From Chiloscyllium plagiosum (taxonomy: Eukaryota): a DNA stretch of 63,982 nucleotides. The notes beneath the pieces were generated by a model. It worked only from the letters and a program-made list of their open reading frames with translations. It was not told the DNA's origin and searched no databases. Position numbers and translations under genes: made by a program. Of the stretch, positions 48,760 through 62,084 are shown one piece after another (position 1 is the first letter of the stretch; each line of letters opens with the position of its first letter). The stretch spans positions 94,074,659-94,138,640 of the forward strand of contig NC_057719.1 of NCBI RefSeq assembly GCF_004010195.1, written 5' to 3'.

Positions 48760-50859
48760 GCTTCAATTTGTCGTCGTGTTGAGTGGTACGGATAGAAGGT
48801 GATATTGAGCAAAGCCAAGTTTATGGGAAAATACCCGTGTTTGTGGATTGACAAACGACCTTTTCTGGATAATGACTCCTTGATCAACAAACATACTGCA
48901 AGTATCTAAAACGTGAAGAGACATGTGTGGAGAGAGAGCCGAAGGTGATTTTTCAGCAGATGGATAACGTTTCCCACGTGCACTGCGTTAAATTCCGGGA
49001 AAATAGATGTTGAACTGGTTTTATGTTACACAGTTTGTTGCAAACTCACAAAGATTATTGCAATAATCAAATAAAAAGTCAGATAGGGCTGTTTGAATAT
49101 TTTATTGAATTGAATTTTGGTCTGAGCATATTTTATCTTCAAAGGCGTGCTGCAGAGAAGTACAGAGGGTTAACAATACAAAAGGACAGAGTCTTCTTGG
49201 TGGATTTCTTGGGTGGAGTTAAGAGTGTATGAAATATACATAACATCATTTGAATGTGGTCAAATCTTGAATGTAGGTGTTGCGTCTCCAAGTGACGATT
49301 CAATTCCTACTCATTAGGATATCACTTCTGTCTGCAGGTATTTTAGGACATCAGTTCCATTTACAGAGTTTCACCTTGAATAATACGCCACACCTTACTA
49401 ATCCATGAACTTTTCATACTCAATCTTATTCAGTTGTACGTGTTCATGAACTATCTTTGTGTCTGAAGTCAACCAAATTCGAAATTGTTACGCAACCGCA
49501 CTGACTTTCTCTCAATGGTAAATTCTCTCCTTGTATGTTTGTTCGTGTATCTTTTAAAACACTGTGAAATCAGCTTCTATGCTTTATTAATGGAAAGTCG
49601 TTCACGATTTAAATAACTCTATTGAGTGGAAGAAACTCTCATCCAAATTTTTCTTAATCATTCACCAATGGTTTTGAAACTCTAACTAAAGTTGTTGATT
49701 CACTCGAAAGAGGGCATTTCCCCGATTTAGTCATTCAAAACTCACGTTATGTGAAAATCTCATTTGTTCACTTCAAACTTGCTCCAGCATTTCCAAATCT
49801 CGTGAATAACCTCCTTCATTCTTTCTATCATCCCGATGAAACCGTTTGTATCCTTTCTGAGATTTTTATGTCTCAGTAAACAACGTAACTTGGCTTTCTA
49901 ATATCTTGCTATCCAGGAAACAGCGTCTGTACCCTTTCTAACCTCTTTACATGTTTTTGTGTGGAGACTGGGGACAGGTATTACACACAATGCTCCCAAT
50001 AAGGGTGACCTAAAGATTTTACAGTTACACTATGAACTCTGCTTTTTAAATATGATTCTCTATATATAAACTCCAATAAGGTACATTTTATCTATCCAGT
50101 TCATGAACATCGTCTCCATGGAGACGAAAATTATCTATCACTCCCTTTATTCTTCCACGGAATGTGCGGAAGGTTTGTAAGGCCAACATCTCTAATCCTT
50201 TTGGCGGGAGTGCGAACCACTCAGTTTATGATTGAATTCATCCAATACTACCCTCTGCTGGCCACCCCACGCTACTGCATCAGTGTCACAGTTTTTGACT
50301 GAGTGGATAGCAAATCCTTTGCTGTGAATCTCTTAAATTACACGTTCGTTTGATTTTTTTCAAATAATATCTTTGGAAACACAGAGCAGTTTTGTCTGAT
50401 ACTAAGCGACATTGTCCCTGCGTCATTATCAAAACTACCGGTCCTTTTTTAGGACTTTCCAATACTTCTCCATGTCATGTTTAAGCGTTGCAAGTCACAG
50501 AATCAGAAATCAATTCATGTGATCTCCTGGCAAAATGGTTCATTCGGAGGTGAGCATTTCCATTCTGACGAGCCCAAGTATATTTGCAACTCTCCATCTA
50601 CCAGCATTGTGTGTGTGTGTGTGTGTGTGTGTAGGGCGCGGGGTGTAGCGGGCGGGGAGATGTGTGTGTTGATGTTGCTGTCAGTTTGGATAATGCTGTG
50701 AGCTGGTGCTCTTTCTCCCACCCAGACTGAATCCTCAAGGGTATCACCCTCTGCCACCATCACTGAGAGAGAGATTGTGTCATTTTAAGCACCACAGAGA
50801 CTGCCAGACCTGCAACTACACGCAGACACTCACAGAGAAAAATACAGACACAGAAATAC

Positions 50860-51880
50860 AGGGGGTGGGAGGAGGTGGATATCGACTACTCCACGACCTG
50901 GTTTCGCACTTTCTATCCTATTCCGAGCTGTTTCTCCTGGAGTAGGAGACGGGGAAGGATTCAGTGAGGGTGGGAGTGGGTGAAACTATTGTTAGTGCTG
51001 GTGTAGGTGGGAGGGTGGGTGAGATGGTGACGTGTCCAGTGGGAGTCAGTCAAGAGTGTTGTATCCATGCAGTGCTGTTAGTGAAGGAGATATAGTAGAG
51101 GGGAAAGAGAGAGAAAGGGAATGTTCTGCGTGCAGCAGTGAGAGTGGTGGAGTCTTGTTCCGGGGTAGGTGTTATAACAGGTATACAGTGACTGTGAGGG
51201 AGTAGAGAAAATACGGTGACCTTATCCTGACAGAGTGGGGAAGGTCACTTTGGACTGTGGGAGGAAACCGGAGCACCCGGAGGAAACCCACGCAGACACG
51301 GGGAGAACGTGCAAACTCCACACAGTCAGTCGCCTGTTATAACAGGTATACAGTGACTGTGAGGGAGTAGAGAAAATGCGGTGACCTTATCCTGACAGAG
51401 TGGGGAAGGTCATTGATCCTTGTCCTGTATTGCTGGACATTTCTTCAGACCGCAGATACTGCGCTGAGCTCAGACCATGGTTGGTGGGTCTGGTGGTGTG
51501 GCCCCCCTTTTGGGGTGAGAATTTCCCTCCCTATACTAGCCCATCCACCAGGATCTGCGGGCCCCAGTAGACCAACTGTGGTATAAGTTCCCCTTATCTG
51601 CAATGTTCAGGATAAACTGTGCAGGGCAGCTCCAACCTGAGAAAGCTCAACCATGTGCCCATTGGCCTTTTAAAGATGGCACCAATGCCAGGGGTCGTGG
51701 AGTATCGGAGATATCTGGGCGATGGTGAGTACTTCCAGCCATGATGAATGGGAGAATCGGGCAGTCATTGAATGAGAGGGACTCCATGGATTCGGGTGGA
51801 AAGTTAATGAGGTGAGTTCGATAAGATAGCATCATTTAGCTCAGCCTCAAGCAGACAATACCTCTGTCATACTCAATGAA
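50860..51880. repeat. Unclassified dispersed repeat, copy 2, containing a SINE fragment (51248-51335) between 78-bp direct repeats
   Basis: Collinear with 37860-38660; 51170-51247 and 51335-51412 differ at one base. Confidence 0.8.
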
Positions 51881-52104
51881 AATGTCAAAGTCGGTTGGGA
51901 TATATATTCGCAGAGAAATGGGTCAGTTGTGAAGTGAGAAGCCATCAAAAATGTGATGTCAGGAGTACAGATACAGTATGTCCCTCTTAGGTTGAAGGGT
52001 AAGGCTGTAACGAGTAAGGAATGCTGGAGGATTGGACAAATTAAGGTTCTGGTCACGGATAGGAGGGAAGAATATGCCAGGTATAGACAGCAGGAATTGA
52101 GTTT

Positions 52105-52345
52105 TTTTTCTTAATGCATTCACGGGATGAGGGCGTCTCTGGCTAGGCAAACATCCAGGACCCAGCCCTAATTACGTAGTGAGCGGTTAACAGTCAACTA
52201 CATTGCTGTGGGTCTGGAGTCACATGTAGGCCACACCAGGTAAGCATGGCAGTTTGCTTCCTTAAAGGGTATCAGTGAATCAGATGGACTTTTTCGACAA
52301 TTGGAATAGTCATCATTAGCCTCTTAATTCTTGATTTAAAGTGAA
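52105..52345 (-). mobile_element. Deu-domain (SacSINE1-like) SINE relic
   Basis: Reverse complement contains ccatgcttacctggtgtggcctacatgtgactccagacccacagcaatg, recognised from memory as the DeuSINE core. Confidence 0.55.
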
Positions 52346-52349
52346 TCAA

Positions 52350-53645
52350 TAGAAGAGTCTGAAGGCAACAATAGTATACTTAAGAGGGAAATTGGGAGCG
52401 TAAAAAAGGGGGACATGTGATAGCTTTGGCTTCTTCAAATACATCAAGGACAAAAGAGTTACTGTGGAAAGAATAGGACATCCTTCAACATCAGCTAGGC
52501 TGCCCATATGCAGAACTGCAGGAAATGGGGGAAGGTACTGAACGAATATTTTGTATCAGTATTTACTGTGGAGGAGGATATGGAAGATAAATAATTTGGG
52601 AAATAAGTAGTGACATCTTGGAAAGTGTCTCTATCACAGAAGTGCTGCTGGAGGTCTTAAAGCATGTAAAGGAAGGAAAATGTCCTGGCTTTTATTCGAT
52701 GTACGCTAGATCTCTGTGGGACGCGAGGGAAGTGATTGCTGGGCCCCGTGCTATCATCAATAGCCACAGGTAAAGGTTGGCTAACGTGGTGCCATAACTT
52801 AAGGGATTTGAGAAGGGTAATAAGGAAAAGCCAGTGAGCCTGACGTCAGTGGTGGGTAAGTTGTTGGTGGGGATTATGAGGCATAGGATTTTCACGCACT
52901 TTGAAAGGTAACGACGGATTAGGGATAGTCAACATGGATTTGTGCAAGCAATGTTGTGTCTCACTGACTTAACTGAGATTTTTTTGAAGAAGTGACTAAA
53001 AAGATTAATTGAGATAGTCGACATGGACATCGGTAAGGCGTTGAATAACATTGTGCATGGTCATTAGTTTAACAAGGTTTTAGGTTAGATTACATTACAA
53101 TACTTTACAGTGTGGAAACAGGCCCTTTGGGCCCAACAAGTCCACACCGACCGCCGAAGCGTAACCCACCAATACCCCAACATTTACGCCTTACCTAACA
53201 CTATGGGCAATTTAGCATTGCCAATTCACCTGACCTGCACATCTTTGTGAATGTGGGAGGAAACCAACGCAGACACGGGGAGAAAGTGCAAACTCCACAC
53301 AGTCAGTCGCCTGAGGTGGGAATTGAACCCGGGTCTCTGGCGCTGTGAGGCAGTAGTGCTAACCACTGTGCCACCGTGCCACCCACATGGGACACATTGA
53401 GAAGTGAACAACAGCCTGACACACACTATTTCAATGTTTCTGAGCTTCACCATGTCATCACTCGATACACGAGGGAGTCAAAAGCCAATGCCAGGGAAAG
53501 ACGCAGAAAAACAAACAAATAATTAATTAACTGATGACTTGGTGAAAATATGGTTGGTTCATATGCAATACATGGATAACTAGCCATTTGGATACAAAAT
53601 TGGCTCAAAGGTCCAGACAGAGGGTGGTGGTAGAGGTTGCAATAT
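52350..53645 (+). mobile_element. CR1-clade LINE relic interrupted by a SINE-containing insert (53080-53552)
   Basis: PVSLTSVVGKLL..IRDSQHGFV..LAIWIQNWLKG.RQRVVVE. Confidence 0.8.
53082..53384 (-). mobile_element. HE1-type SINE, full length, young
   Basis: Complete head (ggcacggtggcacagtggttagcact), core and tail on the minus strand. Confidence 0.9.
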
Positions 53646-54509
53646 CCTGGCAAAGATTTGCAATGCTCCCCACGCTGTGCAGATATTCCGGTTTATTGAG
53701 CAATCCACTAGCATGGCCTGCACAGCTCTCCATCTTGGCCGTTACCTTACCCCAATTTAAGGTGTCTGTGGTTGGTTCTGTGAAGCAGATTTAGAATTTG
53801 AGGCAATAGACCAATTCAACTGATCGAGCAATGTATTTATTCAATGTTTACATTCTTGTGATTGGTCCACCTTTGTCTCACTTATCCAGTTATTAAAATC
53901 CTTCCATCTCCTTATTCATATTTTCACCAAGTCATCAGTTAATTAATTATTTGTTTTTTTTTCTGCGTCTTTCCCTGGCATTGGCTTTTGACTCCCTCAT
54001 GTATCGAGTGATGACATGGTGAAGCTCAGAAACATTGAAATAGTGTGTGTCAGGCTGTTGTTCACTTCTCAATGTGTCCGATGTGATGCTCCATGGACAA
54101 GGGTGTTCCAGGAGCTTTGATTCACGTTTGAATCTTGGTATGCGCCTTCTCATGGAATGCCTCTGTTTGTCCCTCTCAGTTGTGGATGCGGTCAGTAACG
54201 CAAGGAAAATCCTTGAGTATAATTGTAAAGGAAAAGGCATCTAACTTGTAGCTGAGGGGATTCTGACTGCCTCCTGTTAGTGGAGGTACTGCGGATTGTT
54301 TGCTGGAGGTTGTGCTGTAAGCTGCTTCAAACATTCCATCAGACTGGAGGATTTGGTGTCCCAGCTCGGGACGTAGCATGGGACTGTAGTAACAGCGTCC
54401 GGGTCTGTAACATGAACATGAATGGAGCAGAGGCTGCAGAGAGGGGAAATCTCTGAAACCACGGGGCGGGTGTGTGTGGGGAAAGGGATCAGCCATATCT
54501 GTTTGTGTC

Positions 54510-55610
54510 TTAGCCTGGACACTCTCTCACTCTCCCCGTTACATACACTGATGCACATTCTCCCTCTCCGCCCCTCACACACACTCATACTCCCCCTCTC
54601 TCACATTTCCCACACTCCAATCTTTCACACACACATGCACACACAACCACTCTCCCTCCCTCCCGCACTCACACCCAGACTCCACCTCACAGTCTCTGAC
54701 ATACACACAATGTCTCTCTCTCCCCTTCACACAGACACGCCCCTCTCTCACACATATGCACACGCACACGCATGAATACACGAGAAGTCTGTGGGTTGAA
54801 TTAGCATTTTCCCATTTGTATTTGCAGATGCATTTTATTTTGTTCCAAAACTTACAATTTGTAGACATTCTGTCAATGTGTTATTTTACAAATCGTACTT
54901 TGTAAATAAAACTAGTCTAATTCCAGGTCAAGACACAGACAGAGTCCAGACAAGACGTCAAGCTTAGAATACATTGTCTGACCGCACGTGTTAATTCATT
55001 TACATCGATAATACCCGAAGGTATCGCCAGGCATTGACTTGAAATAAATTCGACAATTTGCATATTAACCAATCACACTCGCACCTCCAGTCTAACTGAT
55101 TAAGTATTTAAGAGCCATCTTAGGTGTGTGTACAATTCATGCGCATGAGTTTTGTGGGCGGCACAGTGGCACAGTGGCAAGCACTGCTGCCTCACAGCGC
55201 CTGAGGCCCGGGTTCAATTCCCGCCTCAGGCGACTAACTGTGTGGAGTCTACATGGGTTCCCTCCGGGTGCTCCGGTTTCCTCCCACAGTCCAAAGATGT
55301 GCAGGGTCAGGTGAATTGACCATACTAAATTGCCCGTGGTGTTAGGTAAGTGGTAAATGTAGTGGTATAGGGTGGGTTTCGCTTCGGTGGGTCTGTTTCC
55401 ACACTGTAATCTAATCTAAAATCTAAATCTGTACAGCACTTTGATCTTTTCCTTATATCTTCTGTGTTTAAGGTCTTCCTGTCACTTACACCTGATGAAT
55501 GAGAAGCACAATGAAACCTTATGTTTACAAATAAACCGATTGGACTCTAATAGGTTTCATTTCATTTTTAACCTTGTCCAACCCAGTCCAAATCAAACGG
55601 CTCCATATCA
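54510..55610 (+). mobile_element. Penelope-like relic (CA/CT-rich tract plus terminal repeat) with a nested HE1 SINE (55155-55425)
   Basis: CTGATGA at 55492 is followed by the aaataaacc..tggactctaa terminus shared with 42820 and 44630; the HE1 head and tail are clear. Confidence 0.6.
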
Positions 55611-56309
55611 TGACTTTTTACTGGTGAGCTAATCCTCTCCCCTAGCAAGTAGATTGTTCCTAATCCCACTTGTTCTTGTCTTGCATATTAATCTTTTGCG
55701 ACACGTTGCGCACTTATGTCTGGAAGTCCGGATATAATACATCTATAGAACCCCCATTATCTACCTTGCTTGTTACGTTTTTTTAACGAAAGTTAGTCAA
55801 ATCATTCAAACATGATTTATCCTTCATAAAACTATGTTGACTGTGCTGGATTGTGGCTTGACTTTGGAAATCTCCTGTTATTAATTCTGTCATGACGCAT
55901 CCTAACAATTTGTCTTCAATCCCAATAATTTTCTCACCACTTATCATTCCCGAGTGAAGCTGGTTATTCGAAGTTCTTCCCTTTCTATAACCATTATGTT
56001 CCCTTTCACAATTCCTGTGTAACACGCACAAGGCTGTGAAAGATCTGTTCCAATTGCTGTGTAAGAGCCATGTGTGGCTGATTGGACTTATTCTGTTCCT
56101 GCTTTACACACTCGCTGGGCGGAATGTCCTCCCGGTGTTCACACATTATAGTCTCTATGGACTTGCATGGCCTGCTCCTGTTCCTGACCAAGCCGTTCAA
56201 GATCTCAATGTCCTCCTCCTGTCGTTCAATCACAGTTTTAGGGACTTATGGAATCGCCCTGCTCAAATGCCACTTTTCAAGAGCTGAAATATGCAGGCAA
56301 GTTTTGTTG

Positions 56310-56610
56310 CCCACACGGGGTAGCTCAGAGGTTAGAACTGCTGCCTCACTGCACCAGCGATCTTAGTTCAATTTCAGTCTCCAGTTTCTTCCCACAGTCC
56401 CAAGATATGCAGGTTAGGTGGATTGGCCAAGCTAAATTACCCATAATATCCGGGGATGTGGAAGCTAGGCGCATCAGTCATGGAAAATGCCAGGTTATAA
56501 ATATTGGGTGGGGTGTGTGGTGGGGATTGGATGGGATGATCTTCGGAGTATCAGTGTGTTGTCGATGGGTCAAATGGTCTGCTTCCACTCTGGAGAAATT
56601 CGATGATTAA
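56310..56610 (+). mobile_element. HE1-type SINE, old copy
   Basis: gtagctcagaggttagaactgctgcctcac..tcccacagtcccaagatatgcaggttaggtggattggcc. Confidence 0.75.
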
Positions 56611-57099
56611 CACTTTTGTTGCAGAAGTCATTTGAGTTATGTGCAATATCCTTTCCTCAGTGAGTAGATTACATCTGTACACACGACACCCGATGTGATC
56701 TCACGAAGATCCTGTACAGCAGCAGCACCACTTTACCAGCCTGCTCTCAGGTTCCCACCCAGGTTAGAGCAGTCTCAGCTCTCTGGGGAATACACAGCAT
56801 TGCTGAAAGATCATTGTCCTTCTCTACTACACCAGCATAACGGAAGATCTGGAGAAAATCTTACAATGCCGCTTGAGAAGAACGGGTAACATGTGTTGAG
56901 ATAATATCCATGTTGAGATATGCCTCTCCAAACATCTCGCCTGAATCTACCATTAACCTCGCCAGAGCCCACGTCACTCGGATTCCACAGAATCTGTTGA
57001 GGTGATATTAGAAACAGCAAGGAGAAGCAAACATTCATGAGATTTACGTATCAAATTGAAAGCTGCAATACAAATGTTGGCTATGTTATAAAACAGGAA

Positions 57100-60000
57100 A
57101 TTAGACATACAAGTTTGTGGGTACTGCAGTAATAATGGACAGCTTCAAGTTACATCTAACCAATGTTTACCCAAGTGAATGTTAATGTTGAGTGTGTATG
57201 AGCCGGGTTGCTTTAGTACTATGTTGAGCACCGAGCTGTTGATCAGGAACTTTTGGAATTGGTGTTGTGTGATCAGAAGAGCAAATCGAATACTTTGCTC
57301 TTGAGGATCTTTGGGGAATAGTGTTCTTAATATATTGAATTTTACATGACGTCTGAATGCAAGCAGTTCTTTTTCTTATATTGCGGGTATATACCTGAGT
57401 CGTGCAAACTATTAAGATACAAGAGTAAAGCTGGCTTTAGTGAATTTGGAAAGTACATTAAAATGACTTAATGAAAGACAGACAATATCTGTCATTTACA
57501 GAAGCACTGTAAGGTCTGTAACATACATATATCCCTCCAAGGCATAATTCGCAAAAGTCAAAGTGACTCAAAGATGGTGAACAAAATAAGTTAAAAATTA
57601 CATTAGATCGAAGAAAGTGCCTTAGAAAAGAGACATATATTGTGCATTCATTGAAATTTTGGACGCAACAAAAGAGGACTGATAAACCGATAAGTAAAGT
57701 ATAAACAGAACAGCAATGCAAACTAACCAGAAACAAAAAGACTGACGAAAAACCTCTATGAATATTTGAAAGGAAAATAAAAACAAGGTCAAATGTGGAA
57801 CAGTGAATGTGTGGACAGGATAATTTATTGCGAGAACAGAAAAATGATAGGGAAACTAAACAGTTATTTTATATCTGTCTTCACGGAGGAGGGTCCAGAA
57901 TATCTCCCAGTAATACCAAGTGACCATGGGACTTGTGTCAGTAAAGACTAAAATCAGTGACGAGGTAGCATTTGAAAACATAACTGTATTGATAAGTCTG
58001 ACAGACCAAATGTACTTCATACCAGAATTTCAGAGAAAGCAGAAATGGAGATAATAATTGCATTGGGAATCATTCTACTTTTCCATATTCAATTTGGAAA
58101 GTTATAAATGCATTCTAAGGATTTACAAAGTGAAGAAGAGGGAGAATGGGGAATTCCAGACCAGTTAACTTATTGTTCACAGTGGGGAATCTGTCGGAAT
58201 TTATTATAAAGAATGGACATTGGACACTTGGAAACTTATAGCATAGTCTAGAGAATGATGCTAGATTTCTGAAAGGGAACGCAACATTTACAAAATTTTT
58301 GCTTGAAGATGTCTCTTGTCGATATAAACAATGGAGAAACCAGTGGATGTGGTCTAGTTGGATATCAGGAGGATTTTTAAAGAATTCATATAGGAAGTTA
58401 TCCTTAAAACAATAAAGAAAATTGTCTGTCTCTCCGCGGATGATGTATCTCCAGCGATCTCCAGCATGTGTTGGTTTCACTACAGATTCCAGCTTCTGAA
58501 GTAATTTGCACCAGTGACACAGAATGTTGGTTAGTCTGTACCTGGAGTATTGAGTACAGCTTTGATTTCCTGATCCAAGTAAATCATACTGATCTCATAT
58601 ACTGAATGGACATTTTCCAGATTAATCCCTCGGATGGCAAGATTGTCCAATGAGGGCAATCCGCCTGCATGCTGTAAAGTTTCAGAGAATGAGAGGTGAT
58701 CAAAATGAAACTTTAAAAATATCACTCAGAGGGGAGTGATGAACATAAGGGCATCGAAAAGTGTGAGCAAGATTAGCGAGGATTTCAAGATATTCCATAA
58801 GAACATCATGCAGAACAGAATAACCAGGGATCAATCAGGGCCCATTAGAAACCAAGAGAGCAATCTGTGTGCAAAGCTGGAGAACATTGATAAATTGTGA
58901 CATGAGAGCTTCCCATCTGTTTTACTTGGGAGAATGAGGAGTCAGATACATAGTTCAAGAAGATGGACTGGGAAGTTCTTGATGTAAGATGCGAGCAGGG
59001 ATTGATGGTTTTGGCTGGTATAAAATTGGACAAGTCCCCAGGTCTGGATGAGTTGTTTCACAGGCTGCTGTTGGAGACAAGGGAGGAAAGGCACTGACTC
59101 AAAGGATCTTGTCACATGGGAGGTGCTAGAGGACTGGAGCCTTTACAGGAATGCGGGTGGATGTAGACTAGGGAACTGTAGATCAGTGAAGTATCAGATC
59201 AGTGTCAAGGAAACTACTGGGGAAAATAGGGAAGGATAAAATTGATCTTCATTTAGAGAGGCAATGTTTGATCATGATCACCAGCATGAAGATATCAGAG
59301 GGAAGTCGTACCGAACGAATTTTATTGATTTTTTTTTTTGAAGAGGTCATTTATATGGTTTTTCAGCAAGACCTTTGTCAAAGCCCCGCATGGGAAACTC
59401 ATGAACAACGTACAATGTCATTCTATCAAGTCTAATTTACTAAGATATATTCAAATTTTCTAACTGACTGGAGACAGAGAGTAGATAATTGTTTGTGTGA
59501 CTGGAGACCAGTCTCCCCTGGCGTACCACAGGGATCAGTGCTGTGTCCCTTATTATTTGTGGTAGGCGGAAATGATTTAGATGTGAATGTGGAGGGGCGT
59601 GTAGAGAGTGAGTTAAGTAAGTTTGCGTTTAGCACAAAGACTGTCCGTGTAGTTGTCAGTGAGGAGAAGGGTTTTATGTTACAGGAAGATACCGATGGAA
59701 GGATCAGATGTGCAGAGCAATGGCAGATGGAATGTAACCCTTATAAATATGAGGTGATGCACTTTGGAAGAAGGCAGGGGAGGACTCAATGAATGACAGC
59801 ACACTAGGAAACTCCGAGGGTGCTTCTCGACACATCCCTAAATGTCACTCGGCAGAGTAATAGGTTAGTTCAGAAGTCACTTGCACCTGTCGGTATAGCC
59901 TTTATTCATCGAGACATAGATTGTAAGAGTTAAACAAATGTTTGATTCAGCCACAGATGGAATACTGTGTGGAGTTCTGGAAGTCACATTATGGAAGAAT

Positions 60001-60990
60001 GCGATTGCAGTGGAGGGGGCGCAGTGGAGATTCACCAGGATGTTCCCTGGGATGGAGCATATCAGCTACGGAGAGAGGCTAAATAAGCTCGGGTTGTTTA
60101 CCTTGGAGCAGATAATGCTGAGGGGGACGTGATTCAGAAGGATGGGATTCCAAGAGACATGGACGGGGGGACAGACAGCAGCTGTTCCATTTAGTAAAAA
60201 GGGAGAAGAACAAGGGAGCACACTTTTAAAGTGAAGGGGTTGAGGTTTAGAGAAGATATGAGGATTGTTTTTTTTTACCCAGAGGGTGTTGGGTCAGTAT
60301 TAAACTTCATGAGAGGATAGTTGTGATGAGTAACCTCACAACTGTTAAAAAGTACTTGAAGTATCATAACATTTATGGCTACAGATCTCATGTAAAAGTG
60401 GGACTAATGTAGATCGTATTGCTTTTCTGACAGTACAGATCATATGCTTCTGTGTTTGTTTAATTATGGACGGTGAAAGCAGTTAAGAAAATAAGTGGTG
60501 CCTTGACCATCATTTCAGGGGGACTTGAGTGCAGGAGTAAGGGCGTATTACTGCAGCTGCACAGAGCCTTGGTGAGACCCCATTTCAAACATTGTGCAGT
60601 ATTGTGTGCAGTTTTAGTGTCCTTACCTAATAAAGGACAAGCTGACATTGAGGGGTGCAGTGAAGGATGACCAGATCAATCTCTGGTATGATAGGCTTGT
60701 TGTGGGAGCATTGTTTGGGGTGACTGGGCCTGTATTCCATGAGCTTTAAGAAAACGAGTGAAATATATAAAACTCTGACGGGGGAGACAGTATGGAAGCA
60801 GGGATGATGATTCTCCAGTCTGGGGCGTCTAACACAAGGGCCCACAGTATTAGGTACAGGCTGGCCACTCTGCATTGAGATGAGAATAAATGTCTGCACT
60901 CAGAGACTGCTGAACCTGGGGAATTCTCTCCCAGATCAGGATGTGGAAGACAAGGCACTGAATATAAATAATGATTTTTACACAGGAAAG
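57100..60990 (+). mobile_element. Degraded CR1-clade LINE fragments (paralogous to 9600-17600)
   Basis: [59 protein letters not shown]. Confidence 0.8.
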
Positions 60991-61043
60991 GGATAGGAAG
61001 AGAGCAGGAGAATGGTGTCGCTATAGAAAACCAGCGATCACTG

Positions 61044-62084
61044 CAGGTTGTTCTCTGATAACGCGGCGGCTGTGTTCTTGTGTAACACCAAATTATAGCA
61101 AGCGGTGCAATATAGATAATGGGGGCTATGGGGAAAAGTGGGTATGGGGCGAACGCCCAATAATGTCAGGAAAAATCAAAACAAAAATAATAGTCAACGT
61201 AACACAAACAACAGCATAGTCTACGTAAATTTTAAAACCATATATTGTAATGTAATAGTACTGTAAATGTATCATTTTCACACTACAGTTACCGACTACA
61301 GCACTGTACCTTTCAACAAGGGCTTCACCTCGAAAGCACGCGAGCTGACTGACCATGTGATGCTGCTGCGGGTTTACAGTTAGAGTAGATTCCTGATAGT
61401 TTGTAAACAGGCCCTTCGGCCCAATAAGTCCACACCACCCTCCGAAGAGTAACCCACACAGACCCATTCCTCGACCCTATATTTACTCGTGACTAACACA
61501 TCTCGCACTATGGCCAATTTAGCATGACCAATTCACCTGACCAGCACATCTTTGTGGGAGGAAACTGGAGCACCCGGAGGAAACCCACGCAGACACAGGG
61601 AGAACGTGCAACCTGCACACAGACAGTCACACAATGAAGAAATTGAACCCAGGTCTCTGGTGATAACCACTGAGCCACTCTGCCGTCCCAAGATTTCTCC
61701 CCAAGATTCCTCCCCTGGTTTGAAATAAAGTTTTTTCTAAATGTCGACTACAATTCCCAGTTCTGGATGCAGGTTTGTTCGCTGGAAGGCTCATACATCG
61801 AGAACCTCAACCACAAATCTTCTCAAAACTCGATAACAATTCCCAGTTTCAGTCTCAATTTCAAGGCTTGCAGAGCGGATTACATTCCTGGTTTAGCTGA
61901 ACACACTGAGGGTGCATTTGGCAGACAGGGGATCCTGAGGCTGGGTTTTGCTGTTCAGCTGGGGCCGGGAATGGAATCACGTCACAGTGAGCAGGAGCTC
62001 GCTTTATAAAGAAAGGTGCACAATTCATAATCGTGTTGCAGCCAAATCGTTTTTAATAAACCCACATTATTGGAGAACTGCCTG
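61044..62084. mobile_element. Non-autonomous Tc1/mariner (Tigger/pogo-like) DNA transposon with a nested HE1 SINE (61380-61690, -)
   Basis: Imperfect TIRs caggttgttctctgataacgcgg / ccacattattggagaactgcctg, followed by TA. The paralogous site at ~17620 is empty. Confidence 0.65.

Noticed and set aside
61745..61850. ACTACAATTCCCAG (ZNF143/THAP11-type promoter motif), partly repeated
   Set aside because: It lies inside a DNA transposon, the repeat looks like a duplication around a small insert, and there is no CpG island or gene start nearby.
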